Source: an uncultured Acidobacteriota bacterium
Lineage (GTDB): Bacteria > Acidobacteriota > Vicinamibacteria > Vicinamibacterales > UBA8438
Direction: 5' to 3'
Length of the DNA: 64,000 bases
Assembly: GCA_913043225.1 (NCBI GenBank)
Contig: CAJWLU010000006.1
Location: 64,001-128,000 of the forward strand
Positions 37,208-46,901 of this stretch are shown here, one piece after another. The notes beneath the pieces are model-generated. The model was not told the DNA's origin, did not search any database, and saw only the letters and a list, made by a program, of their open reading frames with translations. The stretch's first letter is position 1. The number at the start of each line of letters is the position of its first letter. The translations under genes and the position numbers were made by a program.

Positions 37208-39235
37208 CTATTCGACGACCAGTTGACCGATGGTCCACGGGTGCTCGGTGCAGACGTACTCGTGCTCGCCTGCCGTCTCGATGACGACGGAACCGGAAGC
37301 GCCTGCCGCGATAGGCCCGGTCGTCCACGAGCCATCGCGCGCCGAGATGGTGTGGGTCAGATCGGTCGGGTTGGTCCAGGTGACGGTCGCTCCCCTAGCC
37401 ACCGACGCTCGCATCGGCGTCAATCCGTATGGATCGTGCCATTCATCGTTGCGGCCTGTGTTCTGGTTGCTCTGTGTGGTCAGCCGCTTTAGCTCGATGC
37501 TGTTCGTAGCGTCGACAGGGCCCTGGTGTGGGAAGACGGTGAACGGAGGCTCCTGGGCCGGGCGTGGCCCAATCGTCCCGTCGAGTCTGAATGCCCACAC
37601 CGAGCGGTTCATCGTGAGCGCGACATACTGTACGCCGTCGATCTGGTAGGTGGTGACCGGTCCGCCTCCGTGGCCGTTCGAGCCGAAGATCCCGGTCTGC
37701 CCGGTCTGGAACTGCCACAGCAGATCGCCGGTCCGCTGATCATAGGCGCCCAGGTTTCCGTCAGGCTCGGTGTGGAACATAAGGCCGCTGGCCGTCGTCA
37801 TGGCGCCGCTGCTATTGCAGTCCGAGTAAGGGACGCGGTGCTCCCAGGCCAGCGTGTTCGTACGACTGTCGAGCGCCACGTGCAGACCATGCTGGGTCAG
37901 TCCAGGCGCGCGGACGGTGGTATTGGTGAAGAACCATCCGTTCTCGGGCCGCTTGATCCAGCGGGGATACACGCAGGCCATCCCGTAGAAGTAGCCGGTC
38001 ACGGGACTGTAGGACATCGGGGCGAACCGCATGGTCATGTAGGGAATGAACATATTCGGCAGCTCGGGCGGGATCGGGTCGTAGTAGCAGCCGGCGCGGA
38101 ATCCGTCTGGGATCATGTCCGGATCTACGCACTCCTGACCGACCTTGTCCGCCCCGACTGGGAACGGCTGGGTGGGTGAGGTGTTCAGGAAAGAGTTTTG
38201 AGGGACCGGCCTCTCTTCGATGGGGAAGATCGGCTCGCCGGTCTTCGCGTCGAACATGAAGAGGTAGCCATCGGTGCGCATCGCCGCGAGGGCTCGTGTT
38301 GTTTCTCCCTCCACCATCGCGTCGTAGACGATTAGCGGGGTTGCCATGTCGTGCTCCCACATGTCGTGGTGCACGAGCTGCTGATGCCACCGGTACTCGC
38401 CCGTCTGCAGGTCGAGCGCGATGACCGAAGAGGTGAACAGGTTATCGCCCGGGCGCAGCTCGCCGCCCCACATCGGCACTGCGTTTCCGGACCCGACGTA
38501 GAACATGCCCAGATCCGCGTCGACCGTCGGGGTCATCCACACCCCGCCGCCTCCAAATCTCCAGACATCGCTGTCTACCGGCCAGCTGTCAGCCCCAAGC
38601 TCTCCCGGCTCGGGAACGACCTCGAACGTCCAGCGTCTCTCTCCGGTGCGGGCATCGACCGCAGCAATACGTCCACGCAGATAGCTGTCGCCGTTCGCCA
38701 TGCCGGTGATAACCAGGCCGTCGGCATACGTGGACGGTGACGAGATCCACTGACCCCACTGTCCGTCCACTCCGACGAGGTGTTCCCACGCGAGCTCGCC
38801 GGTCTCTTGGTCGAGCGCGATCAGTCGGGAGTCGTTAAGGCCCGCAAACACCAGCCCGGCCCCGAGCGCGACACCTTTGTTCATCCGCCCGATCGGCGCT
38901 TCGTGACGCCACCGTTCTTCCCCTGTGGTCGCGTCCAGTGCCCGGATGCTGCTTCCGGTTTGGAGAAATACCAGACCGTTCCGCATGACCAGCGCCGACC
39001 GCGACGCCTCGCCCCGGTCCAGGTCAGCCACCCAAGCACCTCGGAGCCGATCGACATTCTCGGTTGTGATTTGGGTCAGGGTCGAATGCCGAGTCTGGCC
39101 GAAGTGTCCACCAGGCAAAGGCCACTCTTCCGCCGGATAGGCCTGCCAGTTCTCGTTCTGGGCGGTTGCCCCCCCAGCTGCGGCGAGACAGAGCACGAGA
39201 AGCACCAGGGACAGTCGTTGAAATGTCATGGTCAC
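37208..39235 (-). CDS. PQQ-dependent dehydrogenase fused to a C-terminal cupredoxin domain
   Basis: Signal peptide; EWPLPGG, GGGGVWM, DNLFTSSVIALD, HHDMWEHD, TTASGLMF; C-terminal VTWTN...HTISARDGSW...YVCTEHPWTIGQLVV. Confidence 0.9.
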   Translation of the reverse strand: MTMTFQRLSLVLLVLCLAAAGGATAQNENWQAYPAEEWPLPGGHFGQTRHSTLTQITTENVDRLRGAWVADLDRGEASRSALVMRNGLVFLQTGSSIRALDATTGEERWRHEAPIGRMNKGVALGAGLVFAGLNDSRLIALDQETGELAWEHLVGVDGQWGQWISSPSTYADGLVITGMANGDSYLRGRIAAVDARTGERRWTFEVVPEPGELGADSWPVDSDVWRFGGGGVWMTPTVDADLGMFYVGSGNAVPMWGGELRPGDNLFTSSVIALDLQTGEYRWHQQLVHHDMWEHDMATPLIVYDAMVEGETTRALAAMRTDGYLFMFDAKTGEPIFPIEERPVPQNSFLNTSPTQPFPVGADKVGQECVDPDMIPDGFRAGCYYDPIPPELPNMFIPYMTMRFAPMSYSPVTGYFYGMACVYPRWIKRPENGWFFTNTTVRAPGLTQHGLHVALDSRTNTLAWEHRVPYSDCNSSGAMTTASGLMFHTEPDGNLGAYDQRTGDLLWQFQTGQTGIFGSNGHGGGPVTTYQIDGVQYVALTMNRSVWAFRLDGTIGPRPAQEPPFTVFPHQGPVDATNSIELKRLTTQSNQNTGRNDEWHDPYGLTPMRASVARGATVTWTNPTDLTHTISARDGSWTTGPIAAGASGSVVIETAGEHEYVCTEHPWTIGQLVVE

Positions 39236-39474
39236 CTCGCGAGACTATCGACCGTTCGCGACCGATGTCAACGTGAGCACTCGCTAACTCGCCGACCAAC
39301 TTATCCGGTCGGTTCGGATGGAGGGCTCCAGTAACGGCGTGACGACCTGCTCATGCGGGTGGACGGCCGGCATCAGCGGTCGAGCGGGAACCGCCCGCTA
39401 CCTCCCGCTGGGCTTCTACCTAAACGTCGCTGATTGGGATGCAGCGGCCTGGCGGGCGCGGCGCGGCGCGGCGA

Positions 39475-40449
39475 CTATTGCTGCCGCGCTTCGGCTTGGG
39501 CCCCAGCGAGGATGTTGTAGAGCCCGTAGTTTCCCTCATGGCAGGCGTATTCGAACAGCGTGTCTTCGGTCCGCGCCATCGTCATCTCCGCGCTCCACGG
39601 CTGGGTGAAGGCGGTGGGGTCGTTCACGGTGAACTCGTAGCGCAGTATTCCATCGTCAGGCCGGGTGAACCGCTCGATTAGGTGCATGTTGGGCCCGAGC
39701 GCTTCTAGACGCTCCATGTTCGGGGCCGGGTGCGCGGTGCCGATGTCGCGGAAATTGCGGGTCTCGACCACGAGGGTCTCGCCTTCCCACCGGCCGCGTG
39801 AGTCGCCGCGCCATTGCTGGATGTGCGGGGGGATGGGGTCGCGACCGTCGAGGGGAATCACCCGGACGTCGTTCACCATCTCGTTCATTACGACCACATA
39901 ACCCGGGGCTTGGAAGATGTGGACGAGGTTGTTGTAGGCGCCAGGAATCATCGGCGGGCCAGAGTTAAAGCCCAGGATGCAGCGCTCGTCGATGTCACGG
40001 TCTTCGGGGCCCGCGTTGCGCTCGCGCGCCGCGGCGCGGGCCGCCCTGCGAGCTCGGCCCTCCGCGGTGTAGTCGGGGAGCTGCCCATTGGGCGGGTCGA
40101 CGATGAGTGACGTGCGTCGCGTCCCGACTACCGCGCTACCTCGATCGAACCAGAACTGGTTGTAGGCGCCGGGATCGCCGGGTCGCGGGGCCACCTCGAC
40201 CTGGGCGGCTGCGGCGCGCTGGGCCTCGAACTCGGCGGCTTGTTCGGCGGAGAGAAAGGCCTGATCCCCTAGCGCAGCCGGTCGCAGGAGCGGGGTGACG
40301 GTGCCGAAGTCCCAGATGCCCTGGAGGTTGGGAGTGCCGTCCGACAGTCGGGGAGACGTGCCTTGGCCAGCGACGGGTGACGGTGTCAACTGGGCGGCGA
40401 CGACAACGATGGCGAAAAGCGTAGCGGCGCGGGCACGATGCAGATTCAT
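39475..40449 (-). CDS. Uncharacterised exported protein, YACHEGN family (copy 2)
   Basis: GGAGG RBS; GTPNLQGIW, YNQFWFD, RTSLIVDPPNG, ERC, GPPM.PGAYNN, GDSRGRWEGETLVVET.NF, FEYACHEGN. Confidence 0.85.
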   Translation of the reverse strand: MNLHRARAATLFAIVVVAAQLTPSPVAGQGTSPRLSDGTPNLQGIWDFGTVTPLLRPAALGDQAFLSAEQAAEFEAQRAAAAQVEVAPRPGDPGAYNQFWFDRGSAVVGTRRTSLIVDPPNGQLPDYTAEGRARRAARAAARERNAGPEDRDIDERCILGFNSGPPMIPGAYNNLVHIFQAPGYVVVMNEMVNDVRVIPLDGRDPIPPHIQQWRGDSRGRWEGETLVVETRNFRDIGTAHPAPNMERLEALGPNMHLIERFTRPDDGILRYEFTVNDPTAFTQPWSAEMTMARTEDTLFEYACHEGNYGLYNILAGAQAEARQQ

Positions 40450-40759
40450 CTGGCGAGTCCCTCCCTTTGAGCCTGTCCATACTAGCTGATCGTCCGGCAG
40501 AGCTCCCGAGATGTCCGGTGTGCGCAGTAGCGACGTGGTCGGCTTCTTCATCTCCAGCCGTTGCGTGAAGCAGCCAGGGGAATCTGAGGGAATTTGTGGG
40601 CCTGTAATTGAATGTCGGAAACGTCCTGAACCGTGGCAGCTTCATTGATTGCAGCGGGGCATGACTTGCTCTTCGTTCAGTTGAGAGACGTCTTATCGTC
40701 TCGTCGGAGCACGCTACGCCTGCAGGTCAAGCTGTGAGAAAGTATGCAGCAAAGCAGCT

Positions 40760-42634
40760 ATGGTCAGAACCAGTTCTCGCTCGAGACGTGATTTCATGGA
40801 GAATGCTGCCCTGCTTGTCGGGGCAGCGGCAGCCAGCGGTTGTTCGCCACAAGAACCGCGACCGGCCGCGGTCGGCGTGACTGTCGGCGGGTCTGGGCAG
40901 CGCGCGACGCCCACCATCCATCCGCATCACAACGACCGCACAAAAGGGTGGTTGCGGTTTCTGTGGGAGAAGGCCACCACGCCTGACGACTGGAGTTATC
41001 GGGGGGACGAAGAACTGCCTTGGGGCATCACTATGGATGCGGCCTCGCAGCGCAGCACGCCGGACTTCACCGTTGGTGGTAATGGGCCCCATCCCTGGTG
41101 GGACCAGTACAGCGCACTGCCGTACTTGAGCTACCCGCGCTTCGACCTGAGCGATTCGAGCTATCCGTTGCTGTTGATGGCCGACCAAACGCCCGCGTGG
41201 CGTGAGGTCTATACGCGGATCCTTGATGAATTGGCGACCCGACATACGGCCTATTGGGCCGCCATCGATTGGAACAGCTTTATCGGAACGAGTCCGGATC
41301 GAGGGAACTATCCGGACGGGATGATGGCCGGATGGCCGGAGCGTCTTCGTGGCAACTACGACCACCCCGGTTGGACGGCGAACGGCGTGGAGCCGTGGGG
41401 GCTCCAGCCGGACCCGATTGGTGCCGACGGCAACCTATTCTTTCGAGGCTGGTTGAATCTGGTGCTGGGCATCTATAAGTACGTCTCAGGTGACGACAAG
41501 TGGGAGCGCCCTTGGCATATCGCGGGATTCGAGGGGCAACAGTTCGAGTGGACGCAGCCGAGGGTGGTCGAGCATCTGCAACGTCAGTACACCGAGCGAC
41601 CAGAGGGCCCGCAGTGCGAGAACACCAAAATCTGGCCGGTGTGTAACAGCGCCGCCGGGCTGGGAATCTACCTATCGGACCAGCTCGGGGTGACCCGCGC
41701 ACACGGAGCGTTCGAGAACTGGATCGAGTTCGCGAAAGACAACTACATGGGGTTCAACGAGCGAAACGAGCTCGAGTGGATAACGGCGTTCTACGATCCG
41801 TTGGAGAACTTCAAGCTGAACGGTCCACCTGGGGGGAGTGGCATGCTGGCGTTCTACCTCCTTCCGCAGTCGCGCGAGATCGGCACCCAGGTCTACGACG
41901 CGGCGGCCAACGCCCTGGGCTGGCGCGATCCGCGGCGGGAGATTGGTCCTGACCCGCTGGGATTGGTCGTTGCAAAGGCGCTGGGTGACCACACGGCGGC
42001 GGCCCGGTTGAGCGCCGCGGCGGAGCGCGACAACGAGCCACTGTGGTTTGGTGACGACGGGGACCGCTTTGGCTGGGGATTTGGCCTGAACGAACCCTGG
42101 CCCCGTGGCCAGGGCACGGCCCGGATGATGGTGTCGGAGATCCAGGAAGGGAGTTGGCTCGACGCGTTCGAGTGCAAGCACCTGGACAAATACAACGCCC
42201 CGACGGTCGAAGGCGTGGAGTATCCGATCGTGGGGGTCGATCAGGCCTGGAACGATCCTGAGAGCGGGGTACTTCATGTCGGCACCTATGCAGCCGACCG
42301 CTCGCGTCGTGGCCAGGACACGAGCTGGACGGTAACGAACCTGCCGAACGCCAGCGATGCGGTCGTGCTTCAGAACGGCTCGGAGCTGCCGGCAGAAGTC
42401 GTTGACTCCGACCGGATTCGCATCCGGACCACGGTCGGCGATTACCGGTACCAGATTTTCACAGGGTATCGCGGGCAGGCATCGGGGGTGGCGCAGCGAG
42501 AGGCGCGCGAAGAGGCGGCCGGTGGCGCCATGTTTGCGACGCCTAGCCGGACCGCCGCCGAGAACGCTCAGGCCGCCGAAGCGGTGATGCTGAGTGGATC
42601 GGCGAGCTGCCCCTGTTGCGGCGGTTCAGCCTAG
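40760..42634 (+). CDS. Linalool dehydratase/isomerase-like protein with Tat (lipoprotein) signal
   Basis: SRRDFME...ASGC; DPI...NLFFRGWLNLVLGIY..VSGD.KW and GPQCENTKIWPVCNS resemble the Ldi motifs DPI..NIMYKGHLNLMYGLY..VTG and CEPDNYFVQCNS (recalled). Confidence 0.75.
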   Translation: MVRTSSRSRRDFMENAALLVGAAAASGCSPQEPRPAAVGVTVGGSGQRATPTIHPHHNDRTKGWLRFLWEKATTPDDWSYRGDEELPWGITMDAASQRSTPDFTVGGNGPHPWWDQYSALPYLSYPRFDLSDSSYPLLLMADQTPAWREVYTRILDELATRHTAYWAAIDWNSFIGTSPDRGNYPDGMMAGWPERLRGNYDHPGWTANGVEPWGLQPDPIGADGNLFFRGWLNLVLGIYKYVSGDDKWERPWHIAGFEGQQFEWTQPRVVEHLQRQYTERPEGPQCENTKIWPVCNSAAGLGIYLSDQLGVTRAHGAFENWIEFAKDNYMGFNERNELEWITAFYDPLENFKLNGPPGGSGMLAFYLLPQSREIGTQVYDAAANALGWRDPRREIGPDPLGLVVAKALGDHTAAARLSAAAERDNEPLWFGDDGDRFGWGFGLNEPWPRGQGTARMMVSEIQEGSWLDAFECKHLDKYNAPTVEGVEYPIVGVDQAWNDPESGVLHVGTYAADRSRRGQDTSWTVTNLPNASDAVVLQNGSELPAEVVDSDRIRIRTTVGDYRYQIFTGYRGQASGVAQREAREEAAGGAMFATPSRTAAENAQAAEAVMLSGSASCPCCGGSA

Positions 42635-42742
42635 GGCCGGAGTCTGAGCGAGGCTCTGACGAAAACCGAGCGAGGCCGTCCGTAGAGGGTGCTGGGTTGC
42701 CTTGCGCCCGGGCACCGAGGTGCTCCGCGGCAGGCTCACGAT

Positions 42743-44476
42743 CTAATCGGGCAACGCGAAGACGAAGAGATTACTCCGGTCGCTCGTGCTGGCCACCACA
42801 TACTGTTTTCCGTCGACGGAGTAGGTGATCGGGAAGCCGAGTACGGGTGAACCGAGGTTGATTTCCCAGAGCACGTCGCCGTTGGTCTGATCGAGTGCCT
42901 TGAAACGCCCGTTGGCGTCGCCCGCAAACACCAACCCACCGGCGGTGGCCACCACCGCCTGTGTCCCAGCCTCCTGTTCATACAGCCATGCGGCCTCGCC
43001 CGTTTCGGCTGAAATGGCCCAGATGCTTCCTCGGTCGGTCTTGCCCGGCGCTAGCTGGAATCGCGCTGCGAGCTGATAGAGGGAGAGACGATTCGGATCG
43101 GAGTCGGTGGCGAGGACGCGCGCGCACATATTCTGCATCGGCACGTACATCGTATTGGTCTCTGGGCTGTAGGAGCCGGCTGGCCAGTTCTTGCCTCCGC
43201 CCCATCCCGGGCACGAGAGGATCTCCTGGCCCATGCGGGTGAAGGTGACCTCGGCGTTGGGTGTGACCGCGCCGGTGGCGCCATCGATGTCGGTGATGAC
43301 GTTCTGCGTGATCGTAGGCGTCGCCCAGAGGAACTCACCGGTTTCGCGGTCAAGGGTGTAGACCACGCCGGTCTTCCCGGGAATGCCGGTGACGACCCTT
43401 CTGACCTCTCCGGCTTGCAGTCTTGGGTTGATCCAGGCGACGGCTTCAGGGTCGGGTGCCACGGCTGTGTCCACCAGCATGCGCTCGTAAGGATGATCCA
43501 GATCCCAGTGGTCGTTCAGATGCTGGTAGTACCAGCGGATCTCGCCGGTATCGCCCTCGAGTGCCAGCGTCGAATTGTGGTAGAGGTGCGTGTTTTCCAC
43601 TCCGCCGAGCATGAATTTCGGGGCCGGAGAGGTTACCGAGGTCCCCACATACACGAGGTCCAACTCATGGTCATAGCTTGGCACCATCCAGGAGCCGACG
43701 TGGAGCCGCCGCTCGTAGGGCACGCCGCCCCAGGTCTCGTCGCCCGGCTCGCCAGGTGCCGGGATCAGACGTCGCCGCCACAGTTCTTCACCAGTGGCAG
43801 CGTCATGGGCCACGATGGCGCAGGTTTCCGGACCGCCATTAGGCCGGCAGCTGCGTCCTGAGATCACCCGCCCACCGGCGATAATCGGGCCAGCGGTGTG
43901 TCGGGTCGGATTGACGTCGTAATCGAAAATCTCGGTTTCCCACGCCAGCTCGCCGGTAACCGCGTCGACCGCGTAGACATAGCCGTCGTTGCCAGTGTCG
44001 ATGATGGTGCGGCCATAGATGGCGATGTTTCGATTCACCGACACAAGCCGGGCGCCGCCTAGGACATCGGGCGCGTCGTCTGGGATGGGACGGTGATACT
44101 CCCACTTGAGGTCGCCGGTGCGGGCGTCAATCGCCTGAAGAATATCGTTCGGGTTCGGGAAGTAGAGCGTGCCGTCGTAGGCGATCGGTGTCCCTTCCTG
44201 TCCACCGTCCCGCAGCGGACGCGTCCACACCAGGCGGAGGTCGTCGACGTTGTTGCGGTTGATCTCGTCGAGCGGACTAAAGCCCCAGGAATTGGTGGTG
44301 CGTCGCCAGGTGAGCCAGTCGCTGGGCGCCGGGTCGTTCAGCACGGCGTCAGTTACCGGGACGAAGTCGTCGCTGGGCTGTGCCCACGCCGGGTGGACCA
44401 GGGTTGAACCAAGAAGGACAGCGGCGACGCCGAGAGAACTTCGACGCGTGCGAGTGCGGGTGAGCAGCCCCGTCAT
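42743..44476 (-). CDS. PQQ-dependent dehydrogenase, alcohol dehydrogenase-like, exported (paralog of 4894-6642)
   Basis: GGAGG RBS; DWLTWRR, WGFSPL, EGTPI, SYD.ELDLVY, NDHWDLDHP, VTGIPGKTGVV, ATAGGLVF. Confidence 0.9.
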   Translation of the reverse strand: MTGLLTRTRTRRSSLGVAAVLLGSTLVHPAWAQPSDDFVPVTDAVLNDPAPSDWLTWRRTTNSWGFSPLDEINRNNVDDLRLVWTRPLRDGGQEGTPIAYDGTLYFPNPNDILQAIDARTGDLKWEYHRPIPDDAPDVLGGARLVSVNRNIAIYGRTIIDTGNDGYVYAVDAVTGELAWETEIFDYDVNPTRHTAGPIIAGGRVISGRSCRPNGGPETCAIVAHDAATGEELWRRRLIPAPGEPGDETWGGVPYERRLHVGSWMVPSYDHELDLVYVGTSVTSPAPKFMLGGVENTHLYHNSTLALEGDTGEIRWYYQHLNDHWDLDHPYERMLVDTAVAPDPEAVAWINPRLQAGEVRRVVTGIPGKTGVVYTLDRETGEFLWATPTITQNVITDIDGATGAVTPNAEVTFTRMGQEILSCPGWGGGKNWPAGSYSPETNTMYVPMQNMCARVLATDSDPNRLSLYQLAARFQLAPGKTDRGSIWAISAETGEAAWLYEQEAGTQAVVATAGGLVFAGDANGRFKALDQTNGDVLWEINLGSPVLGFPITYSVDGKQYVVASTSDRSNLFVFALPD

Positions 44477-44491
44477 TGAAAGAACCTCCAG

Positions 44492-45838
44492 TTAGGACCC
44501 GGCGACGATGCGATAGAGCTTCGACGCGGTCCTGATGAATAGACTGCCGTGAGCGATAGCTGGCGTGGCCATCGTGAACTCCTCGAGCGAGTTCACGCCT
44601 AGTACCTCGAACTCGGTCCCCGGCTTGATGACGTAGGTGTCACCGCCCTCGCTGAGCGCGAAGATCTTGTCCCCGTAGACCCAGGGCGAGGCGGTAAAGG
44701 CCGCCCCCACCGCAATCCGCACACGGTCGTAGACCTCGGCGCCGGTCGTGGCATCGTGCGCGGTAAAGAAGCCCCGGTCGTGCACTGTGTAGTAGATACC
44801 GTCGTGAATGACTGGTGAGGGGTGGTAGGGCGCCGCCTGCGGGTGCGACCAGGCGATGAACTCGTTCGACGTTTCGCCGTCGGCCAGACTGATGTCGCCA
44901 CTGGCACCAGGGCGGATGGCATAGATCGGCCGATGCTGGTCGCCGACGTAGCCGGAACCGAGATAGAGCAGTCCGCCGTGGCTGAACGGCATAGGGATGG
45001 TGATGGAGGACAGGCCCTCCAAATCCCATAGCATGCTGCCGTCAAGGCTGTAGGAGCGGACCCTTCCCGCGCCGGTGGTGACGAGCTCGGTGCGGCCATC
45101 GTGTTCCCAGATATACGGCGTCGACCAGTTCGAGCCTTCATCGCGCTCGACCCGCCAGACCTCGGCGCCTGTTTCTGCACTGAGCGCCATGAGATAGGAC
45201 TGATCTTCACTGTCGTGTACGAGATAGACACGGCCATCGTGGAGAACGGGCGAGGCGCCAGTACCCCAGCCGTTGACCATCTGGGCCGACTCGACCTCGC
45301 GCGACCACAGCACGTCTCCGTTGAGGTCGAGACAGTAGAGGCCGACATTGCCAAAGTAGACGTAGAACCGCTCGCCGTCGGTGACCGGCGTTTCCGAGGC
45401 GAACGTGTTCTTCAGATGGTGTGAGGTGACAGGGATGCCAGAGCGCACGTTGCGCTCCCATTGAATCGCCCCGGAGTTGGCATCGAGAGCATAGACCGTC
45501 CAGTGATGCATATCGGTCGGCACCCCGCGCTCGCCTCCGCCGTAGAGCCCACCCTGTGGGGTTTCTACGGTGCCCTCGCTCGTGACCGAGGTCAGCACCA
45601 CTAGGTCGCCAGAGACGATCGGTGAGCTCCACCCGGCGCCCGGAATCTCAGTGACCCAGGCCACGTTCTCGGTGCGGCTCCAGTGCTCTGGCAGTCCCTC
45701 GGCTTCGACGATGCCATCGGAGGTCGGGCCACGGAACTGGGGCCAGTCGTTGGCCGAGAGGGGAAGAACGAATAGCGCCCAGGCCGCCACGAGCCAACCC
45801 GTGCGGCGAAGATGAACAGAGAGCATTCTGGATGTCAT
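44492..45838 (-). CDS. PQQ-binding-like beta-propeller repeat protein (BamB-like), exported
   Basis: DWPQFRGP, W....N.AW...IPG.GWSSPIV, ASETPVTDG, GASPV, WSTP, ASP, MATPAI; exact start uncertain (45838 or 45826). Confidence 0.88.
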   Translation of the reverse strand: MTSRMLSVHLRRTGWLVAAWALFVLPLSANDWPQFRGPTSDGIVEAEGLPEHWSRTENVAWVTEIPGAGWSSPIVSGDLVVLTSVTSEGTVETPQGGLYGGGERGVPTDMHHWTVYALDANSGAIQWERNVRSGIPVTSHHLKNTFASETPVTDGERFYVYFGNVGLYCLDLNGDVLWSREVESAQMVNGWGTGASPVLHDGRVYLVHDSEDQSYLMALSAETGAEVWRVERDEGSNWSTPYIWEHDGRTELVTTGAGRVRSYSLDGSMLWDLEGLSSITIPMPFSHGGLLYLGSGYVGDQHRPIYAIRPGASGDISLADGETSNEFIAWSHPQAAPYHPSPVIHDGIYYTVHDRGFFTAHDATTGAEVYDRVRIAVGAAFTASPWVYGDKIFALSEGGDTYVIKPGTEFEVLGVNSLEEFTMATPAIAHGSLFIRTASKLYRIVAGS

Positions 45839-45948
45839 TACAGCAGGAGATGATGCCTGTCTCGGGCCCAACTGTCCAGCGCTGAAGGCGGTCCGCGCCT
45901 GGTGCGACCGGTATACTTTGCCCGAGTCATACCGAAGGAGTTGCAGAG

Positions 45949-46881
45949 ATGAGCCGACCGATTGCAGACGTTGCGCTGGCGCTCCTAGCGCTCGGGTGTG
46001 GAGTACTGCCCGCCTCTGCGCAGTCCGGTTTCGACGCGCGCACGTCTTGGGGCGATCCGGACCTGCAGGGTGTCTGGTCCTACGCCACACTGACCCCGTT
46101 CGAGCGGCCCGAGGAGTTCGAGGGGCGCGCCCGCTACACCCCAGAGGAAGCGGCGGCCTACACGGAGCTTCGGAAGACCGACCGGCCCGACCGGCCGGGC
46201 GTGGATCCGGGCGGCTACAACGCGCTGTGGTGGGACGGCGGGTGGATTCTGCCGGACAACCGCACGTCCCAAATCGTCGACCCACCCAGTGGTCGCCTGC
46301 CACTCAACGAGACCGGGCGAGCACGGCTGAAAGGGCTACGGCAGCATCGGCGGGAGCATCCAGCCGATTCGTTCACCGATCGCACCAACTGGGACCGGTG
46401 CCTGACCTATCACGGCGTGCCTCCGGTGGGGACGAACTACAACAACTCGTACCACATTCTCCAGACGCCAGACGTGGTGGCCATTCAGGTGGAGAACATC
46501 CACGACGTGCGCATGATCCCGCTGGGCGACAAGCCCCGGCTCGACGCCTCAATCGGGCAATGGAACGGCGACTCGCGGGCCTACTGGGATGGAGATACGC
46601 TGGTGGTCGAGACCCGAAACTACAGCGACAAGACCGAACTGCGGTTTCTCTCGACGCCGAACACACGAGCCGTGGAGCGGTTCACCCGCATCGGTCCCGA
46701 CACCATCGACTACACCTTCACGATCGAGGACAACGAGATCTACACGCAGCCCTGGACCGTCGACCGTCCGATGGCCAGGCTCGACGACTACATCATCTAC
46801 GAATACGCTTGCCACGAAGGGAACTACGCGTTGACCAACATCATGGCTGGTGAACGGGTGCGCGAGGCCGGCGGTCGCTAG
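45949..46881 (+). CDS. Uncharacterised exported protein, YACHEGN family (copy 3)
   Basis: AAGGAG RBS; RTSWGDPDLQGVW, TPFERP, YNALWWD, DRC, GDSR.YWDGDTLVVET.NY, YEYACHEGN. Confidence 0.85.
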   Translation: MSRPIADVALALLALGCGVLPASAQSGFDARTSWGDPDLQGVWSYATLTPFERPEEFEGRARYTPEEAAAYTELRKTDRPDRPGVDPGGYNALWWDGGWILPDNRTSQIVDPPSGRLPLNETGRARLKGLRQHRREHPADSFTDRTNWDRCLTYHGVPPVGTNYNNSYHILQTPDVVAIQVENIHDVRMIPLGDKPRLDASIGQWNGDSRAYWDGDTLVVETRNYSDKTELRFLSTPNTRAVERFTRIGPDTIDYTFTIEDNEIYTQPWTVDRPMARLDDYIIYEYACHEGNYALTNIMAGERVREAGGR

Positions 46882-46901
46882 GTCGCGGGGAGACGAGAAG
46901 G

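Noticed and set aside
4894..44476. Naming PQQ genes xoxF, mxaF, exaA or gcd
   Set aside because: They lack the vicinal Cys-Cys of methanol/ethanol dehydrogenases and the N-terminal membrane anchor of Gcd
44492..45838. bamB ortholog
   Set aside because: No lipobox or bam/der context; matches the expanded WPQFRGP propeller paralogs
33160..46303. Long N-terminal extensions in the ORF track (e.g. starts at 34350, 40551, 46303)
   Set aside because: They overlap neighbouring genes or lack coding character; downstream starts give clean signal peptides with RBS or promoter support
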